IMG/VR virus record: IMGVR_UViG_3300009285_000507
Location: 32,749-96,748 of that record
Length of the DNA stretch: 64,000 nt
Direction: 5' to 3' (one strand)
From: a virus
Lineage: Duplodnaviria > Heunggongvirae > Uroviricota > Caudoviricetes
Notes under the pieces: model-generated
Database searches by the model: none
What the model was told of the DNA's origin: nothing
Seen by the model: only the letters and a program-made list of their open reading frames with translations
In this document: positions 8,843 through 16,408 of the stretch, one piece after another
Layout of the letters: each line of letters begins with the position of its first letter
Numbering within the stretch: position 1 is the first letter of the stretch
Position numbers and translations under genes: made by a program

Positions 8843-9242
8843 GGATGCTCTTCTCCTTTATAAGCTTACAAGCTTGATTCATTGTAAGCTTCTTCAGCAA
8901 TACTTTCTTCTGTAAGTCCTTTATGAAATCCATATCCAGATCAACTTTGTCCAGCTTCTTCTCTTCTATTATTGTACCAAGTTTACCTGACTTCTTCAAC
9001 TGGAGGAATATATCTTTATCAGAGAACTCCATATGTCTAAGCATATCATAAGATCCGTAGACCCTGCGCTCAGCAAAGCAATACATGTTGTTAGCATCCT
9101 CGTAGAACTTCGCTGAGTTGTGGTTGTCATCATGGAAAGGGCACAGGAATACATTGTTACCATAAATCCTGACACCCAAGGATTCAAGTAGCTTCCTGGC
9201 AGAGAATACCTTGTCTACTATCTTTATGAGCCTAAGCTCCAT
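8802..9242 (-). CDS. stand-alone primase-type CHC2 zinc-finger protein
   Basis: CPFHDDNHNSAKF...YCFAE matches the DnaG/T7 gp4 CHC2 zinc-binding domain. Only 146 aa with no TOPRIM domain. Confidence 0.6.
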   Translation of the reverse strand: MELRLIKIVDKVFSARKLLESLGVRIYGNNVFLCPFHDDNHNSAKFYEDANNMYCFAERRVYGSYDMLRHMEFSDKDIFLQLKKSGKLGTIIEEKKLDKVDLDMDFIKDLQKKVLLKKLTMNQACKLIKEKSIHVCEVHPDVPEES

Positions 9243-9251
9243 GTCCTGTCC

Positions 9252-9426
9252 TCTACTTAATTATACCACGCATACCCTTGGTTGTTCTACGTCCCCTCTG
9301 TCTTTTCCATCCAGATATATGAGAAGTGTTATGCCATGTACCAAACAACTCTCCTGTCTCCATCTCGATAAATCTTAGTGCTCTCTCCTCGCTACGTGCT
9401 CTCTTACTCTTCTGCTGTCTTGACAT
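9252..9426 (-). CDS. small basic protein (58 aa), not in supplied ORF track
   Basis: Hand translation MSRQQKSKRARSEERALRFIEMETGELFGTWHNTSHISGWKRQRGRRTTKGMRGIIK. Sits between the primase-ZBD gene and tRNA-Trp. Confidence 0.25.
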
Positions 9427-9445
9427 AAACAGTTCCTTTTAAATG

Positions 9446-9518
9446 CGACTCGGCTGAGATTTGGACTCAGATTACCAGTGTTGGAGACTGGTGTGTTACC
9501 AGGTTACACTACCAAGTC
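9446..9518 (-). tRNA. tRNA-Trp (anticodon CCA)
   Basis: Reverse complement GACTTGGTAGTGTAACCTGGTAACACACCAGTCTCCAACACTGGTAATCTGAGTCCAAATCTCAGCCGAGTCG folds as a cloverleaf. Acceptor 7 bp with one GU. D stem GTGT/ACAC. Anticodon stem CCAGT/ACTGG with loop CTCCAAC. T stem CTGAG/CTCAG. Discriminator G. No CCA encoded. Confidence 0.7.
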
Positions 9519-9523
9519 ATTAT

Positions 9524-9775
9524 TTAACCACCTATCATTCTCTGCCATGACTCATCCAGCTCTCGTCTTACCTCTGATCTAATAGATCTGCCATGCTTGT
9601 TGCAAGAACCAGTTGAGCATGTGCATAGTAAGTCATCGTCTAGCTTTAGCTCATACGCTTTACCAGACCACCCACAGTCACAACAGTTAACATCGTTCTC
9701 GTTTCTACAGTTAATAAAACCCATCAATGTAGTAATGTAATGACTACTTCCGCACTGAGGACATTTCTTACTCAT
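9524..9775 (-). CDS. zinc-ribbon protein (83 aa)
   Basis: CPQCGSS...CCDCGWSG...CTCSTGSC give multiple CxxC pairs. Confidence 0.45.
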   Translation of the reverse strand: MSKKCPQCGSSHYITTLMGFINCRNENDVNCCDCGWSGKAYELKLDDDLLCTCSTGSCNKHGRSIRSEVRRELDESWQRMIGG

Positions 9776-9993
9776 TGAGCAATACTTTCATAGTTAACCC
9801 TAGCAAAAGTAGTCTCTCCTGTAGTATTGTTTCTTAGCTTTTTAACCCAATAAATTTCATTAACCTTAGTGTCCTTAAATTGTCTAATCCAACCGTATAA
9901 TGCTTTCTTGTTTGTTAGCACACAGTTGTCTCTAAGCTCTACCATTGAAATACAATCATCCATCATTTCAACATTGTATTCAGTGTAGTCCAT
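9772..9993 (-). CDS. hypothetical protein (73 aa)
   Basis: ORF between the two tRNAs; start overlaps the stop of the downstream gene. Confidence 0.4.
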   Translation of the reverse strand: MDYTEYNVEMMDDCISMVELRDNCVLTNKKALYGWIRQFKDTKVNEIYWVKKLRNNTTGETTFARVNYESIAQ

Positions 9994-10013
9994 AAGAATC
10001 TCCTAGTAAATTA

Positions 10014-10101
10014 TGGTGGACGATGATGGATTTGAACCACCGAGTTTAGCGCAAGGCACCTGATTTACAGTCAGGCGGCATCACCACTAGCCGAATCGTC
10101 C
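10014..10101 (-). tRNA. tRNA-Tyr (anticodon GTA), type II with long variable arm, CCA encoded
   Basis: Reverse complement GGACGATTCGGCTAGTGGTGATGCCGCCTGACTGTAAATCAGGTGCCTTGCGCTAAACTCGGTGGTTCAAATCCATCATCGTCCACCA. Acceptor GGACGAT/ATCGTCC. Anticodon stem CCTGA/TCAGG with loop CTGTAAA, as in bacterial tRNA-Tyr. T loop TTCAAAT. Confidence 0.75.
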
Positions 10102-10275
10102 TTAATCTGCATCAGTGTAAGCTACTTTAAAACCCCTGACAGGACTCATTTCAACATACTCGTCCCAGCACTTGGTGTGAAATGCCACAACATGTCCCTG
10201 AGCATTTTTCTTACGCAAACGTCCTTTAGGCTGGAAGCACACAGGGCACACATCAGCCTTAATCTTCTTTGGCAT
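10102..10275 (-). CDS. small zinc-binding protein (about 58 aa from ATG at 10275)
   Basis: MPKKIKADVCPVCFQ...HTKCWDEY; AGGAGA Shine-Dalgarno 6 nt upstream of the ATG at 10275. The track ORF 10102..10335 extends further upstream without an SD. Confidence 0.4.
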   Translation of the reverse strand: MPKKIKADVCPVCFQPKGRLRKKNAQGHVVAFHTKCWDEYVEMSPVRGFKVAYTDAD

Positions 10276-10285
10276 ACTCTGTCTC

Positions 10286-10792
10286 CTAAGGTTCAAGTAC
10301 GACTTTAAATCTAACCAACGCCGCTTCAAGAGCAATCATCCCTTTGTTACCGAAGTAGGGGATCTTAGCCAGCTCTGCTCTCCCCAGTTTAACTGCATCA
10401 CCAATTGTGGCAATCCCTGACTTCATCAAACGTGACTTGTTCTGAGCATTAATATCAACAGCTGTAATGGGTGTAACCATAACATCAATCTCACCCTGCT
10501 CATTAGGAACGCTCTCCATAATGGCAATCTTCTGCCGCAATGAACTAACCTCTTCCTGGAGCTTCTCGTAGTTCTCCAGAACTGCTAGGCGTTCCTTAAT
10601 ACGCGTCTCAACACTGTTCATGCGCTCGCCACTACGCTCGCTAAGCATGACACTGCTACCAAGCTTCATCTGATGTTCCTTGAAGTACCCAGAGTTTCGC
10701 TGACTCAGAAGCCCTAGGTACATAAGCATTTCTGCTACATTAAGACCAACCAGCTTCTCAATGTCCATCTTGAACTCATAGTGAAATTTCAT
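10286..10792 (-). CDS. hypothetical protein (168 aa), first gene of minus-strand operon
   Basis: ORF starting 20 nt downstream of a TACAAT -10 element on the minus strand; coiled-coil-like middle section. Confidence 0.5.
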   Translation of the reverse strand: MKFHYEFKMDIEKLVGLNVAEMLMYLGLLSQRNSGYFKEHQMKLGSSVMLSERSGERMNSVETRIKERLAVLENYEKLQEEVSSLRQKIAIMESVPNEQGEIDVMVTPITAVDINAQNKSRLMKSGIATIGDAVKLGRAELAKIPYFGNKGMIALEAALVRFKVVLEP

Positions 10793-10812
10793 TTGACTCT
10801 CCTGTTATTAAC

Positions 10813-10841
10813 ATTGTACTCCAGAGTATATCAGAAATAAA
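10813..10841 (-). promoter_or_regulatory. candidate promoter for minus-strand operon (-10 TACAAT)
   Basis: Minus-strand sequence GGAGTACAATGT resembles the recurring TAGTACAATGT motif, 21 nt upstream of the ATG at 10792. Confidence 0.35.
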
Positions 10842-10847
10842 GCAGAA

Positions 10848-10876
10848 TAGAAAACAAAGTGTGGTTGTGGTATAAT
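10848..10876 (+). promoter_or_regulatory. candidate promoter TAGAAA-N17-TGGTATAAT (extended -10)
   Basis: TATAAT at 10871-10876 preceded by TGG. TAGAAA sits at the -35 position. The ATG of the first plus-strand gene is at 10896, with a GAGGAT Shine-Dalgarno. Confidence 0.55.
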
Positions 10877-10895
10877 ATGTATAGAGGATAGGACT

Positions 10896-12095
10896 ATGAT
10901 CAAGACGCTTAGCACAACTGAAATTGAGACAATTGCGAGGCTCAATAATGTTGACCTAAGCCAGTGCCAGTCAATGCATGATAAGCTGTCCTGCGTTGTT
11001 ACAGATGAGCTGAACAGCCATCCAGAGCTAAGCTCCTACAAGAAGTACGCCCATCTGACTAGCCCAATGCTGTGCTACTCCTATTATGAGATGAACAAGA
11101 AATGCCAAGATGGTGTCTATGAGGATACTTGGGCATTTGAGTACAACATGGATGGACTACGTGGCTTTTTAGTGTATGACAGAGAAGGATTTAGTTTATT
11201 ACTCAGAGATAGAATAGGTAACGTATCTCTCCTACGTGAGACGGTAAATCCCAGGCTACCTTTGTTGCATAACCAACGCATCAAAGGTCTAGTGCTTGAT
11301 GTCAGAGTTGAGGTTGAGCTTATTGACCCATCAGAGATGGACAACAGGGTTAAAGGTACGTTCTCTGACATGTCTGAGTACACCAAGTTTATGCTTACAT
11401 GTGCTCCACGTAAAGTACGGTCCAAGGTAAATATACTTGACACACTCGTAGTTAATAGATCCTTGATAGCTAACAAGCCCTACATAGAGAGAACCCGCTA
11501 TACTGATGCTGTGTACAAGGATATGTGTCACTCACTTATACCGTGTATGGTTAGTAAGCGTTGCACCAAAAAAGAAGAAAAGTTATCCTTTGTATCAAAG
11601 GCGCACAGTTTAGGTTATAATGGTATCATAGCAAAGCAGTTATACAAATCGTACCTGAGCGACAACACTCGTAACAAGGGTGTCTGTGTTAAAAGAAAGC
11701 TCAGCTTCTCAGACATAACTGGAAGTGGTGTACTTGGTTACATTGATTCCCCTCTATATAATAAACATCATCACGTTAACGGCCTAAGAATCTATACGAA
11801 TGTATCAAATGGTGTACTGAAAAAAGATCAGTTTCTATGCACCCTAAAAGTTGGCAGAGAGCTAAGACATCTGTTCCAGGTTGAGACAAGTCACAAATGG
11901 TATGATTTCAACTGTGACTTAAAGGGATCAGTGATAGAGCTTGATGGCACCAAGTTCAAGACCAACGGTGAACTAGCGGATCCAGTATTTATCCGCATTG
12001 ATGAAGACAAGGTAAAGTCTGACTGCATCATAAATCAAAACTTCATGGATAGGTACAGAGATGAGCGACGAAAAAACTATAGACTACAAAGCTGA
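10896..12095 (+). CDS. ATP-dependent ligase/nucleotidyltransferase-like protein with substituted catalytic residues
   Basis: EYNMDGLRG resembles ligase motif I KxDGxR but has Asn in place of Lys. GLVLDVRVEV is motif III-like. YNGIIAK is motif IV-like with Asn for Glu. CVKRK is motif V-like. Length 399 aa. Confidence 0.4.
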   Translation: MIKTLSTTEIETIARLNNVDLSQCQSMHDKLSCVVTDELNSHPELSSYKKYAHLTSPMLCYSYYEMNKKCQDGVYEDTWAFEYNMDGLRGFLVYDREGFSLLLRDRIGNVSLLRETVNPRLPLLHNQRIKGLVLDVRVEVELIDPSEMDNRVKGTFSDMSEYTKFMLTCAPRKVRSKVNILDTLVVNRSLIANKPYIERTRYTDAVYKDMCHSLIPCMVSKRCTKKEEKLSFVSKAHSLGYNGIIAKQLYKSYLSDNTRNKGVCVKRKLSFSDITGSGVLGYIDSPLYNKHHHVNGLRIYTNVSNGVLKKDQFLCTLKVGRELRHLFQVETSHKWYDFNCDLKGSVIELDGTKFKTNGELADPVFIRIDEDKVKSDCIINQNFMDRYRDERRKNYRLQS

Positions 12096-12205
12096 GTCTG
12101 CTCCACCAGTGTCCTGCTCAAAGGTTGAGTATGCTACTACTAAGCTCATCATGAGTGCGAACAGAGCACCCTTTCAGAAGAGACTGCTGGAGCTAGTTGT
12201 AGGCA

Positions 12206-12898
12206 ATGATTGAGCTTATAAAGGTATCCAATAAGTCTTTCATACCCTACCTGTACCCAAAGTGTCTACTAGCGTACACATTAGCAGACATTTCGTGTCA
12301 TGATACTGTACTAAACTACACTCCTAACATGGGTTACATAATGTCAATTATCAAGGACAACAGGGACAGAGAAAGCAATCTTATCATAATATGTAATGAT
12401 GGTGTGTCTTCTGGGTATGTAGATCTAGACTCAAGAGACATCATGATCAACTATATCAAGACAAAGCTGGGTATGGCCATACATAAGAAGTACACAAAGA
12501 AGTTTGAGCTGATCAAAAATTTAGATAATAAGACCTACGAGAGGTTCATCAAGGAATCATTAGTACTTAAGAAATGGAAAATAGAACTACTTGAAACAAA
12601 GGATGAGATCTTCTCTTTGTTTGACACGTACACCAAGTCCAAAGAGGAGTTCATATCTAGCTATCTATCATGTAGTTATAAGTTTGGTGCAGCGTACTCT
12701 CTAGCATCACTATTAACGTTTCTAGAGAAGGCAGCAAAGTACAAAGACATAAAGCAAGACATGCGTGGAAGATATAGAAAATCTGTGCGCAAAGCCTCAG
12801 GACGTATGAAGAAACCGAAGGACTTTGCAAACAACCTTATACACTTAAATAGCGAGATACCGCTTGAACTAAAGGTGATACTCGCATATCTGCAATAG
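12206..12898 (+). CDS. hypothetical protein (230 aa)
   Basis: ORF following the ligase-like gene; no motif recognised. Confidence 0.45.
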   Translation: MIELIKVSNKSFIPYLYPKCLLAYTLADISCHDTVLNYTPNMGYIMSIIKDNRDRESNLIIICNDGVSSGYVDLDSRDIMINYIKTKLGMAIHKKYTKKFELIKNLDNKTYERFIKESLVLKKWKIELLETKDEIFSLFDTYTKSKEEFISSYLSCSYKFGAAYSLASLLTFLEKAAKYKDIKQDMRGRYRKSVRKASGRMKKPKDFANNLIHLNSEIPLELKVILAYLQ

Positions 12899-13223
12899 AC
12901 TACCTGGTGCGCATGCCGTGCGGCCAGGGTTAAGAAAGAGGGTGGTTAACAAGGGAGCAGCAAACAACTAAAACCAGAAGGGGTCAGATGTGGGGCTGTG
13001 TACATGTTCTAATGGAGTGGCTTATCCTGACTGGGGCGAAGTAACCGATCAACACCTGAGAGTACTTCAAACCACATGAGGTTATCAATGATCCCAAAGG
13101 ACACGATAATCTCGAGCTACCTGTAACTATGTATTTACCTCACGCGACCATACTACTAGTTAACATTTACAATAAAGGTTGGCTAAGGCATTAGTCACTT
13201 CTTATTGGGTAGGCAGACGACGA

Positions 13224-13267
13224 CTATAATAGTAATAATAATAATTATAGCTATAGATAATAACAAG
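13224..13267. repeat. 44-bp AT-rich direct repeat, copy 1
   Basis: CTATAATAGTAATAATAATAATTATAGCTATAGATAATAACAAG. Near-identical second copy 217 bp downstream, inside a 690-bp ORF-free region. Confidence 0.7.
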
Positions 13268-13440
13268 ATAGAATGAATGATTAGGTACAATATGGACTGT
13301 ACCGCGTATGGATCCGCAGTGGTCCACAAACGAGCCGGTGGGGTAATCTCACCAAGAGAAAGTTAAGGAGGGCATCAAAGGTTAGTTGAAGTAGATCAGA
13401 ATACTAGTTACTATATATATTATTCTTTCTACTTACTAAA

Positions 13441-13486
13441 CTATAATAGTAATAATAAAAAATAAAGCTAAAGATAATAACAAGCG
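13441..13486. repeat. 44-bp AT-rich direct repeat, copy 2
   Basis: CTATAATAGTAATAATAAAAAATAAAGCTAAAGATAATAACAAG. Confidence 0.7.
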
Positions 13487-13591
13487 CAGTTTTTTAACTC
13501 TACTTTGTTGTTATCTAAGACTAAGTTGCTCTCCTTCAAAGTGTTACAGTAGATAACCCTTTGATGCGAACTAAAAAACAGGGGTGGGAAT

Positions 13592-14278
13592 ATGAAACTA
13601 GCGGTAGAGTTGGATATTGCCAGCGGAGATTGTGTGTCCGCTTGTAAGGAAGTTGGCGCAACTGTATGTGTCCATGAAATCAAAGCATGTGATCATAGCC
13701 TGAAGAACCCTTCAGTACTGAATGAACTAAAAAAGAAAATACTCAGTTTGGGGCAGAATGGTATCGAGGTTGTATTTAGTGCCTCAGACTATGACCTTGT
13801 TTGCGACTCACGTAAGGAACCACATCACCTAGCCAATGTGCGCTCAGCACTGTGTGCAGCTAAGTACTGTGGGATCCGAACGTTCATCCTTGCTGCAGAC
13901 AATAACATTACTGATGATATTGGGTACAAGTCACTATATGCTAATATCTCCAGGGTGATGCGTGACGTACCATTGTTTCTTCATATCAAGGCATCCGGTA
14001 GCACAGACCCAAGCTTGCTGTTCCGGCACATGCAGCCTATCATTGAATTCAAGTCAGCTGGTATTATGGTAGATGCTGCTGTTAAGTCTAATGTACCTAT
14101 TATTGGAAGCTGCTCGGCAGTGTGTATACCTTACTCGTTTAACCCCAGTAAGCTAGCTAAAGAGGACCTCCACGAGCTTTGTACAAGTCTTAGCTATTAC
14201 AATGGTTGTCTCATCTTCAGTGGTAAGCATAAGAATCCAGTGTCAAGGGCTTTAAAGCTGAAGGAGTTAGTGGTATAA
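13592..14278 (+). CDS. hypothetical protein (228 aa)
   Basis: ORF with GTGGGAATATG start context after the long non-coding region; alternating beta/alpha character, no firm motif. Confidence 0.45.
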   Translation: MKLAVELDIASGDCVSACKEVGATVCVHEIKACDHSLKNPSVLNELKKKILSLGQNGIEVVFSASDYDLVCDSRKEPHHLANVRSALCAAKYCGIRTFILAADNNITDDIGYKSLYANISRVMRDVPLFLHIKASGSTDPSLLFRHMQPIIEFKSAGIMVDAAVKSNVPIIGSCSAVCIPYSFNPSKLAKEDLHELCTSLSYYNGCLIFSGKHKNPVSRALKLKELVV

Positions 14279-14285
14279 TGTATGT

Positions 14286-14678
14286 ATGGAAGAGAACGAT
14301 CTATTAGAGATTTACGCTAGGGTTGAAGAATACCTGGAATCGGTTCACGAGACTGATCCGATTCCAGAGTTGACTGCCTTCAACACCTTGATGAACTCGC
14401 CTGCATCCTTGCGGGAAGAGTTGCACAAGTATGGAGACATACTTATCAAGCTACAGAACAAGTTTGCTGAGCTTCGCTACAATTCCTATGGGTGCAGGGA
14501 GATGATGGTTACTCCCCCTGATCTCCCTAAGGTAGTTACCTCTACGTTTAGACATAGAATGGATCAGTACCTCAGCTTGTTTCAGATGCTGGAGGATACT
14601 ATTCGTATGAAGATGAAGACAGCCAATGAGGTTGTGGAAGTTCTACGTAGTATAAACTCAAGCACAAGGTTAGGCTAA
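14286..14678 (+). CDS. hypothetical protein (130 aa)
   Basis: ORF; TGGTATAAT overlaps the upstream stop only 6 nt before the ATG. Confidence 0.45.
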   Translation: MEENDLLEIYARVEEYLESVHETDPIPELTAFNTLMNSPASLREELHKYGDILIKLQNKFAELRYNSYGCREMMVTPPDLPKVVTSTFRHRMDQYLSLFQMLEDTIRMKMKTANEVVEVLRSINSSTRLG

Positions 14679-15028
14679 TGGGCAGGGTTGGTCGTGTTGG
14701 TGAGAAGCAGTCTCTGCTTCGTACACAGATAGTAGAGGGTGTGCGTCACCTTACAGGTCTGAACATTACTGGTGACACAGCATACGCCATTATAGGACTT
14801 GTTGTTGCTTGCCTCATTGACGCAACCATTAATAGCCCAAATCACAAGTTGCCTTTAAATGGTATTGGTGAATGTATCATACGTGCTGCTAAGCATAAAT
14901 ATGTGCCACATGGAAACAACAGGTGGCGTGATATGGGTATTCCATTTATGCCTAAGTTCTCATTGTTGTTAAACGATGTGGTCAAAGAAGCTATGGTCAA
15001 AAAGATGTTTACCTTGAAAGGAGAATAG
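14678..15028 (+). CDS. hypothetical protein (116 aa)
   Basis: ORF with ATG overlapping the previous stop (TAATGG). Confidence 0.45.
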   Translation: MGRVGRVGEKQSLLRTQIVEGVRHLTGLNITGDTAYAIIGLVVACLIDATINSPNHKLPLNGIGECIIRAAKHKYVPHGNNRWRDMGIPFMPKFSLLLNDVVKEAMVKKMFTLKGE

Positions 15029-15031
15029 AGT

Positions 15032-16081
15032 ATGGCAGAAGAAAGTTATGAGGACATTTTTGGTTCAAGTGATGAGGTGGAGGAGAAGCCAGCTCCTAAG
15101 GCAGTTAAGAAAGCTGCTCCGGTAAAGGCTGCTCCTAAGGAAGAAGTTGTTGAAGAAGAGGAGGAAGAGCAGGATGCTTTTGTCGCTGCAGCTACAAAGA
15201 AGCCAGCTGCTCCTGCACCTAAGGCTAAGCCTGTGGTGTCTGATGATGTAGAGGATCTGAACTTCCTTGGCGCACAGACTAACGAGGCACATGATCTGTC
15301 CGCTGGCCAGGGTCCTTTGTACAAGTTCATGCAGTGGGTTGAGCCAGATCCTAAGGCTGCTATGGGTTCGTTTCAGAATCTAGGAGGTTTCTTTCTGCCT
15401 GAGGAACAGTTCCCCTTCGGCTTTACTCCATCACGTAAGCTCAATAAGATCACGTTCGACAATGGTAGCAGTCAGGTTGGTCTAGGCTTCCCGAAGATTA
15501 TGGTGTCAATCATTGGCTACCGTCTTGACTGGTTCTCAAAGGGTGGGGACAAGCGCACCTTCTACAAGAGCTACGACGAGGGTATCAAGGATGCTGGTAA
15601 GAAGAATCTCCGTGGTCGTACCCGCTATGTCGTTCTTGTTAAGAACGAGGATCTGTGGAAGTATGGTCCTTTGATGATCACTGTATCAGGCATTAAGGGT
15701 CGTACACTGCAGTCGGCTGTGAGTAGCTATGACACAAATCTTCGTCGTACACTTGAGCGCAAGTTTAGCCGCAAGTTTGCACCATACTGTTTCTGGTGCC
15801 CACTGAAGCCAGGTGAGCGTGTCAAGATCTCTGAGGAGTACAACAAGTATGCAACCTCACCGGCATTGGCATTGCCTGAGAAGTTTGACGCTGTGGAGAT
15901 TGGTAAGAAAGCATTTGTTGGCAAGGAAGTAATTGAGGCTTGTGAGGGTTATTGGGATGAGGTTCAGGAGTGGTCCAAGGCTAGTACAAGCGGTGACCAT
16001 GGCGAGCCACAGATGGCCCTTGCTGAAGAGGTTGTAAAGGAAGAAGCACCCAAGAAGCTTGAAGAGTTCTTTGAGGAATAA
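15032..16081 (+). CDS. DNA-binding protein candidate with AKP-rich N-terminus and acidic aromatic C-tail (possible SSB-like)
   Basis: N-terminal KPAPKAVKKAAPVKAAPKEE histone-H1-like low complexity. C-terminus EEAPKKLEEFFEE resembles the acidic tails of phage SSBs. Sits among recombination genes. Confidence 0.35.
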   Translation: MAEESYEDIFGSSDEVEEKPAPKAVKKAAPVKAAPKEEVVEEEEEEQDAFVAAATKKPAAPAPKAKPVVSDDVEDLNFLGAQTNEAHDLSAGQGPLYKFMQWVEPDPKAAMGSFQNLGGFFLPEEQFPFGFTPSRKLNKITFDNGSSQVGLGFPKIMVSIIGYRLDWFSKGGDKRTFYKSYDEGIKDAGKKNLRGRTRYVVLVKNEDLWKYGPLMITVSGIKGRTLQSAVSSYDTNLRRTLERKFSRKFAPYCFWCPLKPGERVKISEEYNKYATSPALALPEKFDAVEIGKKAFVGKEVIEACEGYWDEVQEWSKASTSGDHGEPQMALAEEVVKEEAPKKLEEFFEE

Positions 16082-16111
16082 AACGGTACTACTGTACCAA
16101 AGGAGAATACA

Positions 16112-16399
16112 ATGGCAGAAAATGTTCAGAAGCGTACATTAGCAGACGCAGTTGCAGAGAAGCTAAGTGCAGACAAGTCTCAGACTCTGGCGGTTATTGA
16201 TTGCTTCATGGAACTTATGATGGAGCATCTAAAAGAAGGCAACACCCTGGAGTTCCGTAACTTTGGTGTATTCAAAGTAAAGAAGTATGAGGCTCGTAAG
16301 GGTCGTAACCCCAAGACTGGTGAATCAGTTGAGATCCCAGCACGTTCAAAGGTTTCATTCCGTCCAGGTAAAGTCATGAAAGAGATGTTCACCAAGTAA
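16112..16399 (+). CDS. HU/IHF-family histone-like DNA-binding protein
   Basis: 95 aa. RNFGVFKVKKYEARKGRNPKTGESVEIPARSKVSFRPGK matches the HU arm (GRNPxTGExxxIPA). Confidence 0.85.
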   Translation: MAENVQKRTLADAVAEKLSADKSQTLAVIDCFMELMMEHLKEGNTLEFRNFGVFKVKKYEARKGRNPKTGESVEIPARSKVSFRPGKVMKEMFTK

Positions 16400-16408
16400 G
16401 GAGATACT

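Noticed and set aside
12900-12935. GC-rich hairpin CCTGGTGCGCATGCCGTGCGGCCAGG after gene 12206..12898 considered as a terminator
   Set aside because: No U-run follows and the stem is imperfect. Left as part of the non-coding-region finding.
13468-13683. 71-aa minus-strand ORF in the long non-coding region
   Set aside because: Lies on the opposite strand to all flanking genes, spans the AT-rich repeat, has no SD, and overlaps the start of the plus-strand gene at 13592.
14271-14279. TGGTATAAT at the stop codon of gene 13592..14278
   Set aside because: The element overlaps coding sequence and lies only 2-6 nt from the next ATG. It is kept only as a leaderless-transcript possibility, not as a confident promoter.
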